Shown here in pieces: positions 1-8,506 of a DNA stretch of 17,239 nucleotides. Under the pieces are notes generated by a model that was not told the origin of the DNA, did not search any database, and saw only the letters and a list, made by a program, of their open reading frames with translations. The stretch is from Eubacterium sp. (GTDB lineage Bacteria > Bacillota > Clostridia > Lachnospirales > Lachnospiraceae), in the NCBI GenBank assembly GCA_017965495.1, contig JAGCPW010000088.1, positions 1-17,239 on the forward strand. Direction: 5' to 3'. The position numbers and the translations under genes are program-made. Positions within the stretch are counted from its first letter, which is position 1; each line of letters begins with the position of its first letter.

Positions 1-50
1 GCAGAGGACTGAAAATCCTTGTGTCTCTGGTTCGATTCCGGAACCGGGCA
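1..50 (+). tRNA. tRNA-Phe (anticodon GAA), 3' portion only; the 5' half is off-window
   Basis: Anticodon stem GAGGA/TCCTT (4-8/16-20) with loop CTGAAAA (9-15) and anticodon GAA at 11-13. A 5-nt variable loop GTGTC follows. T-arm is TCTGG-TTCGATT-CCGGA (26-42). Acceptor 3' strand ACCGGGC plus discriminator A occupies 43-50. CCA is not encoded. Confidence 0.8.
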
Positions 51-56
51 TAAATT

Positions 57-83
57 AGGACTTCATTGGAAGTCCTTTTTTAT
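57..83 (+). terminator. Rho-independent terminator after the tRNA
   Basis: Perfect 8-bp hairpin AGGACTTC (57-64) / GAAGTCCT (69-76) with loop ATTG, followed by TTTTTT (77-82). Confidence 0.85.
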
Positions 84-125
84 TGCAAAACTAGATTAAT
101 AATAAAGATATCTACTTATTAAATG

Positions 126-134
126 TGTTATAAT
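126..134 (+). promoter_or_regulatory. Candidate extended -10 promoter element (TGtTATAAT) for the decarboxylase gene
   Basis: TGTTATAAT at 126-134 matches the TGnTATAAT consensus exactly. No good -35 is present. The ATG at 143 begins 9 nt after the last base of the hexamer, and no Shine-Dalgarno lies in between. Confidence 0.4.
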
Positions 135-142
135 AATTCAGT

Positions 143-1555
143 ATGAAATCTTTGAAAGAAAAGTTAATTGAATACAAAAAATCTGGTATTTATCCGATGC
201 ATATGCCAGGTCATAAAAGAAATACTAGCCTATTTAAAGACCTTAAAAACATAGAAGATATCGATGTTACAGAGGTGGAGGGGCTAGATAATCTTCATGA
301 CCCAGAAGGCATAATAAAGGAGTCTATTGATAAGACTTCAAAGTTTCTTGGAACAGATAAAACCTACTATTTGGTGAATGGATCAACCATTGGAATTTTG
401 GTTGCAATTCAGGCTGTTACAAACATTGGAGATTCCATAATTGTCGCTAGAAATTCTCATAAATCTGCATACAATGCAGTATCTATGAGAAATTTAAAGC
501 CTGCGTATTTGTATCCAAAGAAGGTGGGAGCCTTTGACGGAGGATATGATCCAAAAGAGTTAAACGAGCTACTTAAAGATACTGGTGCAAAGGCAGTAAT
601 TATAACATCACCCACATATGAGGGTGTGGTGAGCGATATTAAATCGTTAGCAGAAGTAGCTCACGAAAACGCCGCTGTATTAATAGTAGATAGCGCTCAT
701 GGAGCACATTTTATGTTGGATGGATTTCCAAACCCAGCCTACAAAGAAGGTGCAGATATTGTGATTGAGAGTGTGCATAAAACTTTGCCGGCGCTTACGC
801 AGATTGCGGTTATGCACACAATGGGAGATAGAGTGGATGATGATAAAGTTAGAGATTCACTAAATACATATCAATCATCTAGTCCATCATATGTTTTCTT
901 GGCTAACATTGACGAAACATATGACTTAGTGATGGAAGAGGGCGAAAGAAAAGCCGAGGAATTGTTAAAAATCCTTTCGAAAATAAGAGAGGATGTTAAT
1001 AACACTGGAAAAATATATATACCGGGATTAGAAATAGCGGGAGAAAACGAGGTCTATGATTACGATCTTGGAAAACTAGTTCTAGACCTAAGCAAGACCA
1101 ATCTTACAGGAACTGAGCTTCAAGAAATTCTTCGTGAAAAATATAAATTTGAGACGGAGATGGCAAACAAAAAATATGTGATTGCCATGACTTCGATAGC
1201 AGATGATTTGGAAAAGATTAAGGAATTTGGCGAAGCCTTGGTGGAGATAGCTAAAGGGTTAGAGATAGCAGACACACCAGAAGAGAACGAAGAAGAAACA
1301 ATAAAAAATGAAATAAAATATAGCCCTTATGAGGCTACTTTAAAAGAGACTGAAACGGTGGCGCTAAAGGATGCCCAAGGCAAAGTGGCAGGGGATTATT
1401 TATATAAATATCCACCGGGAATTCCGTTGATAGTGCCGGGTGAAATTGTTAGCAAAAACCTAATAAAAGAAGTAGAAAAAAGCCTTGAATCTGGGTTGCA
1501 GATAAAGGGAATAACAGATAAAATAACTAGAGGAATTAAAGTAATTAAGGAATAA
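143..1555 (+). CDS. PLP-dependent Orn/Lys/Arg decarboxylase family protein (B. subtilis YaaO-like)
   Basis: 470-aa ORF. N-terminal HMPGHK motif, SVHKTL with the putative PLP-lysine, and the aminotransferase-fold core VDSAHGAH. Its position upstream of a kinase and holB mirrors yaaO synteny. Confidence 0.85.
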   Translation: MKSLKEKLIEYKKSGIYPMHMPGHKRNTSLFKDLKNIEDIDVTEVEGLDNLHDPEGIIKESIDKTSKFLGTDKTYYLVNGSTIGILVAIQAVTNIGDSIIVARNSHKSAYNAVSMRNLKPAYLYPKKVGAFDGGYDPKELNELLKDTGAKAVIITSPTYEGVVSDIKSLAEVAHENAAVLIVDSAHGAHFMLDGFPNPAYKEGADIVIESVHKTLPALTQIAVMHTMGDRVDDDKVRDSLNTYQSSSPSYVFLANIDETYDLVMEEGERKAEELLKILSKIREDVNNTGKIYIPGLEIAGENEVYDYDLGKLVLDLSKTNLTGTELQEILREKYKFETEMANKKYVIAMTSIADDLEKIKEFGEALVEIAKGLEIADTPEENEEETIKNEIKYSPYEATLKETETVALKDAQGKVAGDYLYKYPPGIPLIVPGEIVSKNLIKEVEKSLESGLQIKGITDKITRGIKVIKE

Positions 1556-1558
1556 ATT

Positions 1559-2146
1559 ATGGGCAAAATATTTTTTATTCTTGGAAAAAGCAGTAGTGGA
1601 AAAGACACTATTTTCCAAAAAATAAAAGAGAATAATGCACTTGATCTAAAGACAGTGGTGGGTTATACCACTAGGCCTATGAGAGAGAATGAGGTGGACG
1701 GAGAAGAGTACTTTTTCGTGGACCGAGATAGACTCGAGGAACTTCAAAACGACGGCAAAGTAATTGAGGTGAGACACTACAACACAGTGCACGGAGTTTG
1801 GAGTTATTTCACTGTGGATGATGGACAGATTGACCTAGAAGATACAGACTATTTGTACATTGGAACGCTTGAGTCTTACGAGCAGATGAGGGATTACTAC
1901 GGAGAAGATGCTATTGTTCCAATTTTCATAGAAGTGGAACAGGGCGAGAGACTTAAACGTGCTATACTTCGTGAGATCGAGCAGAGCGAGCCAAAGTATG
2001 AAGAATTATGTAGAAGATTTTTGGCGGACGAGAAGGACTTTAGAGAAGAAGAAATAGAGAGACTTGGAATTAAGAAAAAATATATGAATGAAGACTTGGA
2101 TGCTTGTGTAGAAGAGATAGTAAAAGATATCCAGGCTAATAAATAG
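1559..2146 (+). CDS. Guanylate kinase-like nucleotide kinase (non-canonical P-loop)
   Basis: 195-aa ORF. P-loop GKSSSGKDT and the Gmk-like motif YTTRPMRENEVDGEEYFFV. AAGGAA lies upstream of the ATG. It begins 4 nt after the previous stop. Confidence 0.65.
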   Translation: MGKIFFILGKSSSGKDTIFQKIKENNALDLKTVVGYTTRPMRENEVDGEEYFFVDRDRLEELQNDGKVIEVRHYNTVHGVWSYFTVDDGQIDLEDTDYLYIGTLESYEQMRDYYGEDAIVPIFIEVEQGERLKRAILREIEQSEPKYEELCRRFLADEKDFREEEIERLGIKKKYMNEDLDACVEEIVKDIQANK

Positions 2147-2185
2147 GAAGAAAACTAGGCGAAAGCCTAATAATATAAGTAAAAA

Positions 2186-3202
2186 ATGACAGAGAGAGCA
2201 TTAGGACAAAATCACATATATGAACATTTTAAAAATGCCATTGCTGCGGGCAAGATTTCACATGCCTACATCCTACACGGTGAGAGAGGTATGGGAAAAT
2301 TAAATATTGCAAAAGAAGCGGCAAAGGCTATTCAGTGTGAGAGTAATGCTCCGGAGAAAAATGATAAGACAGGAGAGGCTTGTGGCCAGTGCAAATCTTG
2401 TCACCAAGCAGAGTCTGACAATCAACCTGATATTAAATATGTACTTCCTGCCAAGAAAACATTGGGCGTGGATGATATAAGAGAGCAGATAAATGAAGAT
2501 GCGCTAATCAAACCATACGGAAGTCCATATAAAATATATATAATACCAAAGAGCGACACTATGACAGTGCAGGCACAAAACGCGCTTCTTAAAACAATTG
2601 AGGAGCCACCAAGTTATGCGATTTTCATTTTGCTTGCGGCTAACATCGATGCATTCTTGCCAACGATTCTTTCTAGATGCGTTATGCTAAATGCAAAGAC
2701 TGTGAGCGAGGGTGAGATAGTAAATGAACTTAAGAACAAGTTTGGCGTGGGCGATTACGATGCGAAAGTAGCTGCTTCCTTTGCCGGAGGCAATATCGGA
2801 AAAGCGGAGAAGCTTATAGCATCAGAAAGTTTTAAGGAATCGAAAGATTCGGTTACGGATTTGATTAGAAATGTGGCAAACGGCGGAATGGACGCTATTG
2901 CGCAGGAAGTCAAAGAATTAAAGAACTACAAGGACGACAAAGAGTCATTGAGGGATTACTTGGATATGATCCGCGTGTGGTTTGGAGACGTGTTGAAATA
3001 CAAGTCCACTAAGGATGATAGAGAGTTGGTTTTTCAGGAATCTTTGGCGGAGATAAAACAGCTAGCAGACCATATTTCATTTGAGGATTTGAATGGAATA
3101 ATGGAAGAAATAGAAAGGTGCGAAGAAAGGATAAAGAGCAACGTAGGATTTGACTCCAATATGGAAGTTATGTTGCTAGGAATAAAAGAGAGGTTACAGT
3201 AA
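2186..3202 (+). CDS. holB: DNA polymerase III subunit delta'
   Basis: 338-aa ORF. Contains HAYILHGERGMGK (a degenerate AAA+ Walker A typical of delta'), the Cys cluster CGQCKSC (zinc module), LLKTIEEPP and the SRC motif (LSRC). Confidence 0.85.
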   Translation: MTERALGQNHIYEHFKNAIAAGKISHAYILHGERGMGKLNIAKEAAKAIQCESNAPEKNDKTGEACGQCKSCHQAESDNQPDIKYVLPAKKTLGVDDIREQINEDALIKPYGSPYKIYIIPKSDTMTVQAQNALLKTIEEPPSYAIFILLAANIDAFLPTILSRCVMLNAKTVSEGEIVNELKNKFGVGDYDAKVAASFAGGNIGKAEKLIASESFKESKDSVTDLIRNVANGGMDAIAQEVKELKNYKDDKESLRDYLDMIRVWFGDVLKYKSTKDDRELVFQESLAEIKQLADHISFEDLNGIMEEIERCEERIKSNVGFDSNMEVMLLGIKERLQ

Positions 3203-4107
3203 TGATAGACGTAGTAGGAATTAGATTTAGAAATACAGGAAAGATTTACTATTTTAATCCTAAAAATATTGAGCTTAAAAAAGGCGACCACGTGATTGTG
3301 GAGACAGCAGTGGGCGTGGAATACGGCGAAGTGGCTTTGGAGAAAAGACAGGTGACAGACGATCAAGTTAAGAAGCCTGTTAAGGATATTATGAGAAAAG
3401 CCAACGAGAAGGACGACCAAAAGTATGCTCAAAACCAGGAAAAGGAAAAGAAAGCATACAAGACATGTAAAGAAAAGATTGCTAAGCATGGTCTTGAGAT
3501 GAAACTTATCAAGGTTGAATATACATTTGATGGAAAGAAGATTATGTTCTACTTTACAGCGGACGGTCGTGTAGACTTTAGAGAGCTAGTTAAGGATTTG
3601 GCTTCTGTATTTAGAACAAGAATAGAACTTCGACAAGTGGGTGTTCGTGATGAGGCAAAACTCATAGGTGGAATCGGAATGTGCGGAAGAGAATTATGCT
3701 GTAGTACATTCTTGCCATCATTTGCGCCGGTTACTATTAAGATGGCGAAAGAGCAAAACTTATCACTTAATCCAACTAAGATTTCTGGTATTTGTGGAAG
3801 ACTTATGTGCTGTTTGAAAAATGAGCAGGAGTCTTATGAATATTTGAATTCAAGCCTTCCAGATGTAGGTGAGAGAGTTAAGACATTCGATGGTTTTGAG
3901 GGAGAAGTGACAAGTGTCAATGTCCTTAAACAAGAAGTTAAGATTGTGGTGGAAGAGGACGAAGAAAGAGAAATCAAAACTTACAATGTAAGCGAGCTTA
4001 AGTTTAAGCCAAAGAAAAAGAAATTTGACTTGGCGGCTGAGGAACTTAAAGAACTTCAGGGATTAGAAGATAAAGACGATAACGTGGAAGAAGCCGACAA
4101 ACACTAA
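3202..4107 (+). CDS. ricT: PSP1-domain protein / stage 0 sporulation protein YaaT (RicT) homolog
   Basis: 301-aa ORF. The start overlaps the holB stop (TAATG). Contains FRELVKDLASVFRTRIELRQVG and the Cys cluster GMCGRELCC...GICGRLMCCL, which is characteristic of PSP1/YaaT. Confidence 0.85.
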   Translation: MIDVVGIRFRNTGKIYYFNPKNIELKKGDHVIVETAVGVEYGEVALEKRQVTDDQVKKPVKDIMRKANEKDDQKYAQNQEKEKKAYKTCKEKIAKHGLEMKLIKVEYTFDGKKIMFYFTADGRVDFRELVKDLASVFRTRIELRQVGVRDEAKLIGGIGMCGRELCCSTFLPSFAPVTIKMAKEQNLSLNPTKISGICGRLMCCLKNEQESYEYLNSSLPDVGERVKTFDGFEGEVTSVNVLKQEVKIVVEEDEEREIKTYNVSELKFKPKKKKFDLAAEELKELQGLEDKDDNVEEADKH

Positions 4108-4120
4108 GGGGCGACCTTTA

Positions 4121-4858
4121 ATGGAAATAAAGCTAAAAGAAAACGAAGAAATTTGCGACCTTGAGCGCAAAGGATATAAAGTAATCCAAGACAAAGAAAA
4201 ATTTTGTTTTGGGATGGATGCCGTGCTACTTTCTTCTTTTACTGAAGTAAAAGCGGAAGAGAGAGCGATTGATTTTGGAACAGGCACTGGAGTTATTCCG
4301 ATTTTGCTTGAGGCTAAGACTGAAGGTGAGAACTTTGTCGGTCTAGAGATTCAAAAAGAATCTGTGGATATGGCAAAGAGAAGCATCCAGATGAATGGGC
4401 TAGAAGATAAGATAGAGATAGTAGAAGGCGATATAAAAGAGGCATCTGAAATTTTTGGTAAAGACTCGTTTGATGTGGTAGTTACAAACCCACCATATAT
4501 GAGCGAGAACAATGGGATTGAAAATCCGGACGCGCCAAAGGCTATCGCTAGACACGAGATTAAGTGCACACTAGAAGATGTGATAAGAGAAGCTGCCGCA
4601 GTGTTAAAACCACAGGGCAGATTTTATATGGTTCATAGACCAAGAAGATTGGCTGATGCCATGGAACTTATGAGACAGTACAAGATTGAACCAAAGAGAA
4701 TAAGGATGGTTTATCCGTACAAGGACAAGCCAGCCAATATGGTTTTGATAGAGGGATCAAGAGGTGGCAAACCGATGATGAATATTGAAGAGCCGCTTAT
4801 AGTTTATTCAGAACCAAATGTTTATACACAGGAAATATTAGATATTTATAATAAGTAG
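4121..4858 (+). CDS. SAM-dependent tRNA (adenine-N6)-methyltransferase, YabB/TrmN6-like
   Basis: 245-aa ORF. SAM-binding DFGTGTG and the catalytic NPPY motif (VVTNPPYM). Its position between yaaT and rsmI matches B. subtilis yabB. Confidence 0.75.
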   Translation: MEIKLKENEEICDLERKGYKVIQDKEKFCFGMDAVLLSSFTEVKAEERAIDFGTGTGVIPILLEAKTEGENFVGLEIQKESVDMAKRSIQMNGLEDKIEIVEGDIKEASEIFGKDSFDVVVTNPPYMSENNGIENPDAPKAIARHEIKCTLEDVIREAAAVLKPQGRFYMVHRPRRLADAMELMRQYKIEPKRIRMVYPYKDKPANMVLIEGSRGGKPMMNIEEPLIVYSEPNVYTQEILDIYNK

Positions 4859-4867
4859 GAAGGCAGT

Positions 4868-5716
4868 ATGGCTGGAAAGTTGTATTTGTGTGCGACGCCT
4901 ATTGGAAACTTAGAGGATATGACATTTAGGGTGATTCGTACATTGAAAGAAGTAGATTTGATAGGCGCTGAAGATACTAGAAACAGTATCAAGCTTCTCA
5001 ATCATTTTGAGATTGAGACTCCTATGCAAAGCTATCATGAATTTAATAAATATGACAAAGCTAAAGAGTTAGTGCAGATGATGAAAGATGGCAAAAGTAT
5101 CGCGCTAATAACTGACGCTGGAACTCCTGGCATTTCAGATCCGGGAGAAGAGTTGGTAAAAGAGTGCCTTAAAAATGGTATTGAGGTTACTTCTTTGCCG
5201 GGGGCGAGTGCGTGCGTGACTGCGCTTTCTATGTCAGGGCTATCAAGCCAAAGATTTTGCTTTGAAGCGTTCTTGCCAAAGGATAAAAAGAAAAAAGAAA
5301 ATGTGCTAAAACAGTTACAAAATGAGACAAGAACGATTATAATATATGAAGCGCCTCATAGGCTTACAAAGACGCTAAAGGAACTTGAAGATGCGCTTGG
5401 AAACAGAAGAGTAAGTATAAACAGAGAGCTTACTAAAAAATATGAAGAATCATTTTTGACCACGCTAAAAGAGGCTAGAGAAAAGTACGAGGCAGAGGAG
5501 CCAAGAGGCGAGTTTGTCTTGGTGATTGAAGGCAAAGACCCAGAGGAACTAGACCAGGAAGAAAAACAGAGATGGGATGAAATGTCTTTGGAAGATCACA
5601 TGAAAATATACTTAGACCAAGGCCTCGACAAAAAGTCAGCCATGAAGAAAGTGGCAAAAGACAGAGGTGTGGCAAAGCGAGACATATATAACCAGTTAGT
5701 TCAGGAGGAAAAATGA
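4868..5716 (+). CDS. rsmI: 16S rRNA (cytidine1402-2'-O)-methyltransferase
   Basis: 282-aa ORF. Tetrapyrrole-methylase fold signatures: LYLCATPIGNLEDMT, AEDTR, SDAGTPGISDPG-like (TDAGTPGISDPG) and YEAPHR. Confidence 0.9.
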   Translation: MAGKLYLCATPIGNLEDMTFRVIRTLKEVDLIGAEDTRNSIKLLNHFEIETPMQSYHEFNKYDKAKELVQMMKDGKSIALITDAGTPGISDPGEELVKECLKNGIEVTSLPGASACVTALSMSGLSSQRFCFEAFLPKDKKKKENVLKQLQNETRTIIIYEAPHRLTKTLKELEDALGNRRVSINRELTKKYEESFLTTLKEAREKYEAEEPRGEFVLVIEGKDPEELDQEEKQRWDEMSLEDHMKIYLDQGLDKKSAMKKVAKDRGVAKRDIYNQLVQEEK

Positions 5717-8235
5717 AAGGTAAAATTCATTGGCCGTTAATTAAGAGAATACTTGGAACCCTACTTGTTTTGGCAGGGCTTGTTTTCTTACTTGTAAACT
5801 ATAAAGCGTGCTACAACGCACACAAGACTAGAGCATATGCAGATCCAAACCAAAAGTTAGTTAAGTTAAAGAGTAACAGTGTTATTAAGCAGAAGTTTTT
5901 AGGTCGTGATGGCGAGCTAAAGAAAATCGGAATCTGCATGGATAATATGGGTATGGAAAAAGCGACAGGTAGTGTGACAGTTACTATCTATCACAAAGGA
6001 AAAGAAATCTGTACGGATACCATTGAGGCAAACATTATTGAGACAAATAAGTTTGCTTGGTTTAGATTTTTAGATAGACCAGAGACAGAGGAAGATGAAG
6101 TATACACAGCAGTGTTTAAGTGTAACGACTTTAAAAATGCACAGGGCTTTGGCGTGTATGTTTCAAGTGTATTTAATCCATATGTTACAGAACCTGGAAC
6201 TATAGATGGAAAATCTACTCTTAAAACTGATAATGTAAGAATTAGAATGTCATTTATGAATTATGATATTGCATTGTTTATAAAGATGGCACTAATTCTA
6301 TTAATTGGAATAATTCTTATCTGGCTTCCATACGGAAGAATTCAAGAATTTATAAAGAAGAAAACAAACAAAGAAATTGATCTTCAAAAATGGATTTCAA
6401 GAGCATTCTTTGTTACAACACCACTTACAGCATACTTCATTATGGAACTTCTCTCGAAGCATACTATGTCATATGTGGAGGGCAAACTTCTAACTATTGA
6501 GGGATGGTATAACATGATGATTTATGCCATCATTTTGGCAGCGGCGTATGCTATCACTAACAGAACACAGTACGCGTCATTAATCACATGGTCGCTCACA
6601 TTAGTAGTTGGTTTGACTAACTATTATGTAACAGCATTTAGAGGAATTCCAATATTAGTTCAGGACATTATGTCTATTGGCACAGCTAAGAATGTGGCAG
6701 CAGGATATGTTTATGAATTTGATATGTGGGTACTTTGGGGCGTGGCGTTATTTGCGGCAGCCGCAGGTACGATGCTCGGTTTAAAACCATATAAGGGTGT
6801 TAGATTAAAACTTAGATTTATCCCAGTACTTATCGGTGTGGCTGGACTTATCTTTGGATATTGGTTCTTTGTTCAAACAGAGATTGTGGCAAAGAGCGGT
6901 ATTGAGGATAGTCAGTGGAAACCACAACTTACATATAGAAAGAATGGTACAGCGCTATCGTTCTTAACTTCTTGGAAGTATATAAAGACTGAAAAGCCAA
7001 AGGGATATTCAGTGGATAAGGTTAAGGAGTTAACCAAGAATTATAAATCTGACGTTACTTCAAAAGACAATGCAACCAAGAAAAAGATGCCAAACATCAT
7101 TGCTATTATGAATGAGTCTTTGGCGGACTTTACATACGACGGTGAGCTTAAGACTACTGAAGATTATATGCCATACTTAAGAGCGCTTAAGAAAGATGCA
7201 GTTAGGGGACAACTATTTGTATCGATCGAGGGTGCCAACACAGCAAACTCAGAGTTCGAGTTCTTAACAGGAAACAACATGGCATTCTTTGCTCCAAGAG
7301 CAGTGCCATACAACAACTTGCTAAGTGGAATCTTGCCTTCGATGACAAGAACACTCAAGATGCAAGGATACACAGGTAACAATTCATACCATCCATATAA
7401 GAGAGATGGTTGGAACAGACCTAATGTTTACTCATATCTTGGATTTGATAACTTCTATTCAGAAGAGCACTACAAAGATGCGAAGTACACAAGAAACTTT
7501 GTATCGGACGCTAGTGATATGAAGCAGATTATCAAAGATTATGAGGCTGAGAAAAAGAAGAGCAAAGCTCCTTACTATCAGTTTAACGTTACTGTTCAAA
7601 ACGACGGTGGTTATATAGGACAGCGAGGCAAAGTAGATGTAGATGTTAAGGTTACAACATCAGGACTAAGTACAGAAGAGAACAACCAGTACATGACATT
7701 GGTTAAGCAGTCTGACGATGCCTTCAAAGAATTAGTAGAACATTATAAGAAAGTGGATGACCCTACAGTTATCGTAATGTTTGGTGATCACCAGCCACCT
7801 CTAGTAGAGCAGTTCTACGAGACATTGTTTAAGAAGAAACAGTCTGAATTTACAACAGAGGATACAGCTAACTGGTATTCAACACCATATGTAATTTGGG
7901 CTAACTATGATATAGAAGAAAAAGAAAATGAGAATATGAGTTGTAACTATTTATCATCATATGTTCTTGATATGCTAGGTGCAGATGTCACTGGCTATAA
8001 CAAGTACTTGATGGACTTGAAGAAAAAACTTCCAGTGGTTACAGCACTATTCTACAAAGGCGACGATGGCAAGTTCTATGACATTGATCAGAAGTCAAAA
8101 TATTCGAAAGACTTGAATGATTATGCTATAATTCAGTACAACGAATTGTTTGATCAAAAGAACAGAGTGGATGATTTCTTCTTCTTGAAGGGTGGAGATT
8201 ATTACATCGAGCCAAAACAATTCTTTAATGAATAA
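5713..8235 (+). CDS. LTA synthase / sulfatase-family (alkaline-phosphatase superfamily) polytopic membrane protein with an N-terminal extension
   Basis: 840-aa ORF. AGGAGG at 5703-5708; the ATG overlaps the rsmI stop (ATGA). One N-terminal TM is followed by a soluble segment of about 150 aa, then a multi-TM block, then an extracytoplasmic sulfatase-like domain (NIIAIMNESLADF ... MFGDHQP). Confidence 0.75.
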   Translation: MKGKIHWPLIKRILGTLLVLAGLVFLLVNYKACYNAHKTRAYADPNQKLVKLKSNSVIKQKFLGRDGELKKIGICMDNMGMEKATGSVTVTIYHKGKEICTDTIEANIIETNKFAWFRFLDRPETEEDEVYTAVFKCNDFKNAQGFGVYVSSVFNPYVTEPGTIDGKSTLKTDNVRIRMSFMNYDIALFIKMALILLIGIILIWLPYGRIQEFIKKKTNKEIDLQKWISRAFFVTTPLTAYFIMELLSKHTMSYVEGKLLTIEGWYNMMIYAIILAAAYAITNRTQYASLITWSLTLVVGLTNYYVTAFRGIPILVQDIMSIGTAKNVAAGYVYEFDMWVLWGVALFAAAAGTMLGLKPYKGVRLKLRFIPVLIGVAGLIFGYWFFVQTEIVAKSGIEDSQWKPQLTYRKNGTALSFLTSWKYIKTEKPKGYSVDKVKELTKNYKSDVTSKDNATKKKMPNIIAIMNESLADFTYDGELKTTEDYMPYLRALKKDAVRGQLFVSIEGANTANSEFEFLTGNNMAFFAPRAVPYNNLLSGILPSMTRTLKMQGYTGNNSYHPYKRDGWNRPNVYSYLGFDNFYSEEHYKDAKYTRNFVSDASDMKQIIKDYEAEKKKSKAPYYQFNVTVQNDGGYIGQRGKVDVDVKVTTSGLSTEENNQYMTLVKQSDDAFKELVEHYKKVDDPTVIVMFGDHQPPLVEQFYETLFKKKQSEFTTEDTANWYSTPYVIWANYDIEEKENENMSCNYLSSYVLDMLGADVTGYNKYLMDLKKKLPVVTALFYKGDDGKFYDIDQKSKYSKDLNDYAIIQYNELFDQKNRVDDFFFLKGGDYYIEPKQFFNE

Positions 8236-8244
8236 AATAATATA

Positions 8245-8430
8245 AGCTGTAGTCACGACCATTTGGTCAGAGGAAAGTTCGGTGAGAATCCGACGCAGTC
8301 TATCCCTACTGTATTTGGGACGAACGGGAGAATGCTTCACAGGCACCTTAGTAGAGTGATCATAAGTCAGAGTGCTCAGACTATAGCCACATTAGTTCGT
8401 AGGCAAGACGAATTAGCACTAGACCTTTTA
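8245..8430 (+). promoter_or_regulatory. Cobalamin (B12) riboswitch-like aptamer (boundaries approximate)
   Basis: AGAGGAAAGTTCGGTGAGAATCCGACGCAGTCTATCCCTACTGTA (8270-8314) matches the conserved cobalamin-riboswitch core (GGGAA..GGTGnnAAnTCC..GC.G..CCC..ACTGTA). AAGTCAGAG (8365-8373) resembles a B12 box and GCCAC is at 8386-8390. It lies directly upstream of an ECF/DUF4430 operon. I could not fold it completely by eye. Confidence 0.7.
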
Positions 8431-8454
8431 TAGGTTTGGTTTGTTAATATATTA

Positions 8455-8486
8455 AAAAGTCTTGCGAAAGCAAGACTTTTAATTTT
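8455..8486 (+). terminator. Intrinsic terminator, the probable expression platform of the riboswitch
   Basis: Arms AAAAGTCTTGC (8455-8465) and GCAAGACTTTT (8470-8480) flank a GAAA loop and are followed by AATTTT. The terminator ends 21 nt before the ATG at 8507. A second copy of GCAAGAC at 8403-8409 could pair with GTCTTGC (8459-8465) as an antiterminator. Confidence 0.8.
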
Positions 8487-8506
8487 ACAAAACGGAGGAA
8501 GATAAC

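Noticed and set aside
1396-1608. Minus-strand ORFs from the six-frame track: 1396-1608, 3034-3489, 4063-4287, 4351-4569, 5475-5675, 7164-7382, 9151-9453, 9496-9702, 10628-10978, 11496-11843, 11794-11997, 12276-12602, 13235-13510, 13738-13971, 14539-14745 and 15701-15988.
   Set aside because: Each lies antisense to a long + strand ORF that has clear family motifs. Their translations are low-complexity (Leu/Ser/Phe/Ile-rich), as expected for the reverse complement of AT- and purine-rich coding DNA. None has an RBS or a recognisable domain.
2156-2169. Small hairpin TAGGC-GAAA-GCCTA between the kinase-like gene and holB, considered as a possible terminator or attenuator.
   Set aside because: The stem is only 5 bp with no following T-tract, so it is too weak to call a terminator. 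It may be a minor mRNA structure.
8095-8346. An 83-aa minus-strand ORF spanning the 3' end of the LTA-synthase gene and the intergenic leader.
   Set aside because: It overlaps the cobalamin-riboswitch core on the opposite strand and the end of a well-supported CDS. It has no RBS or motifs, and the riboswitch explains the region better.
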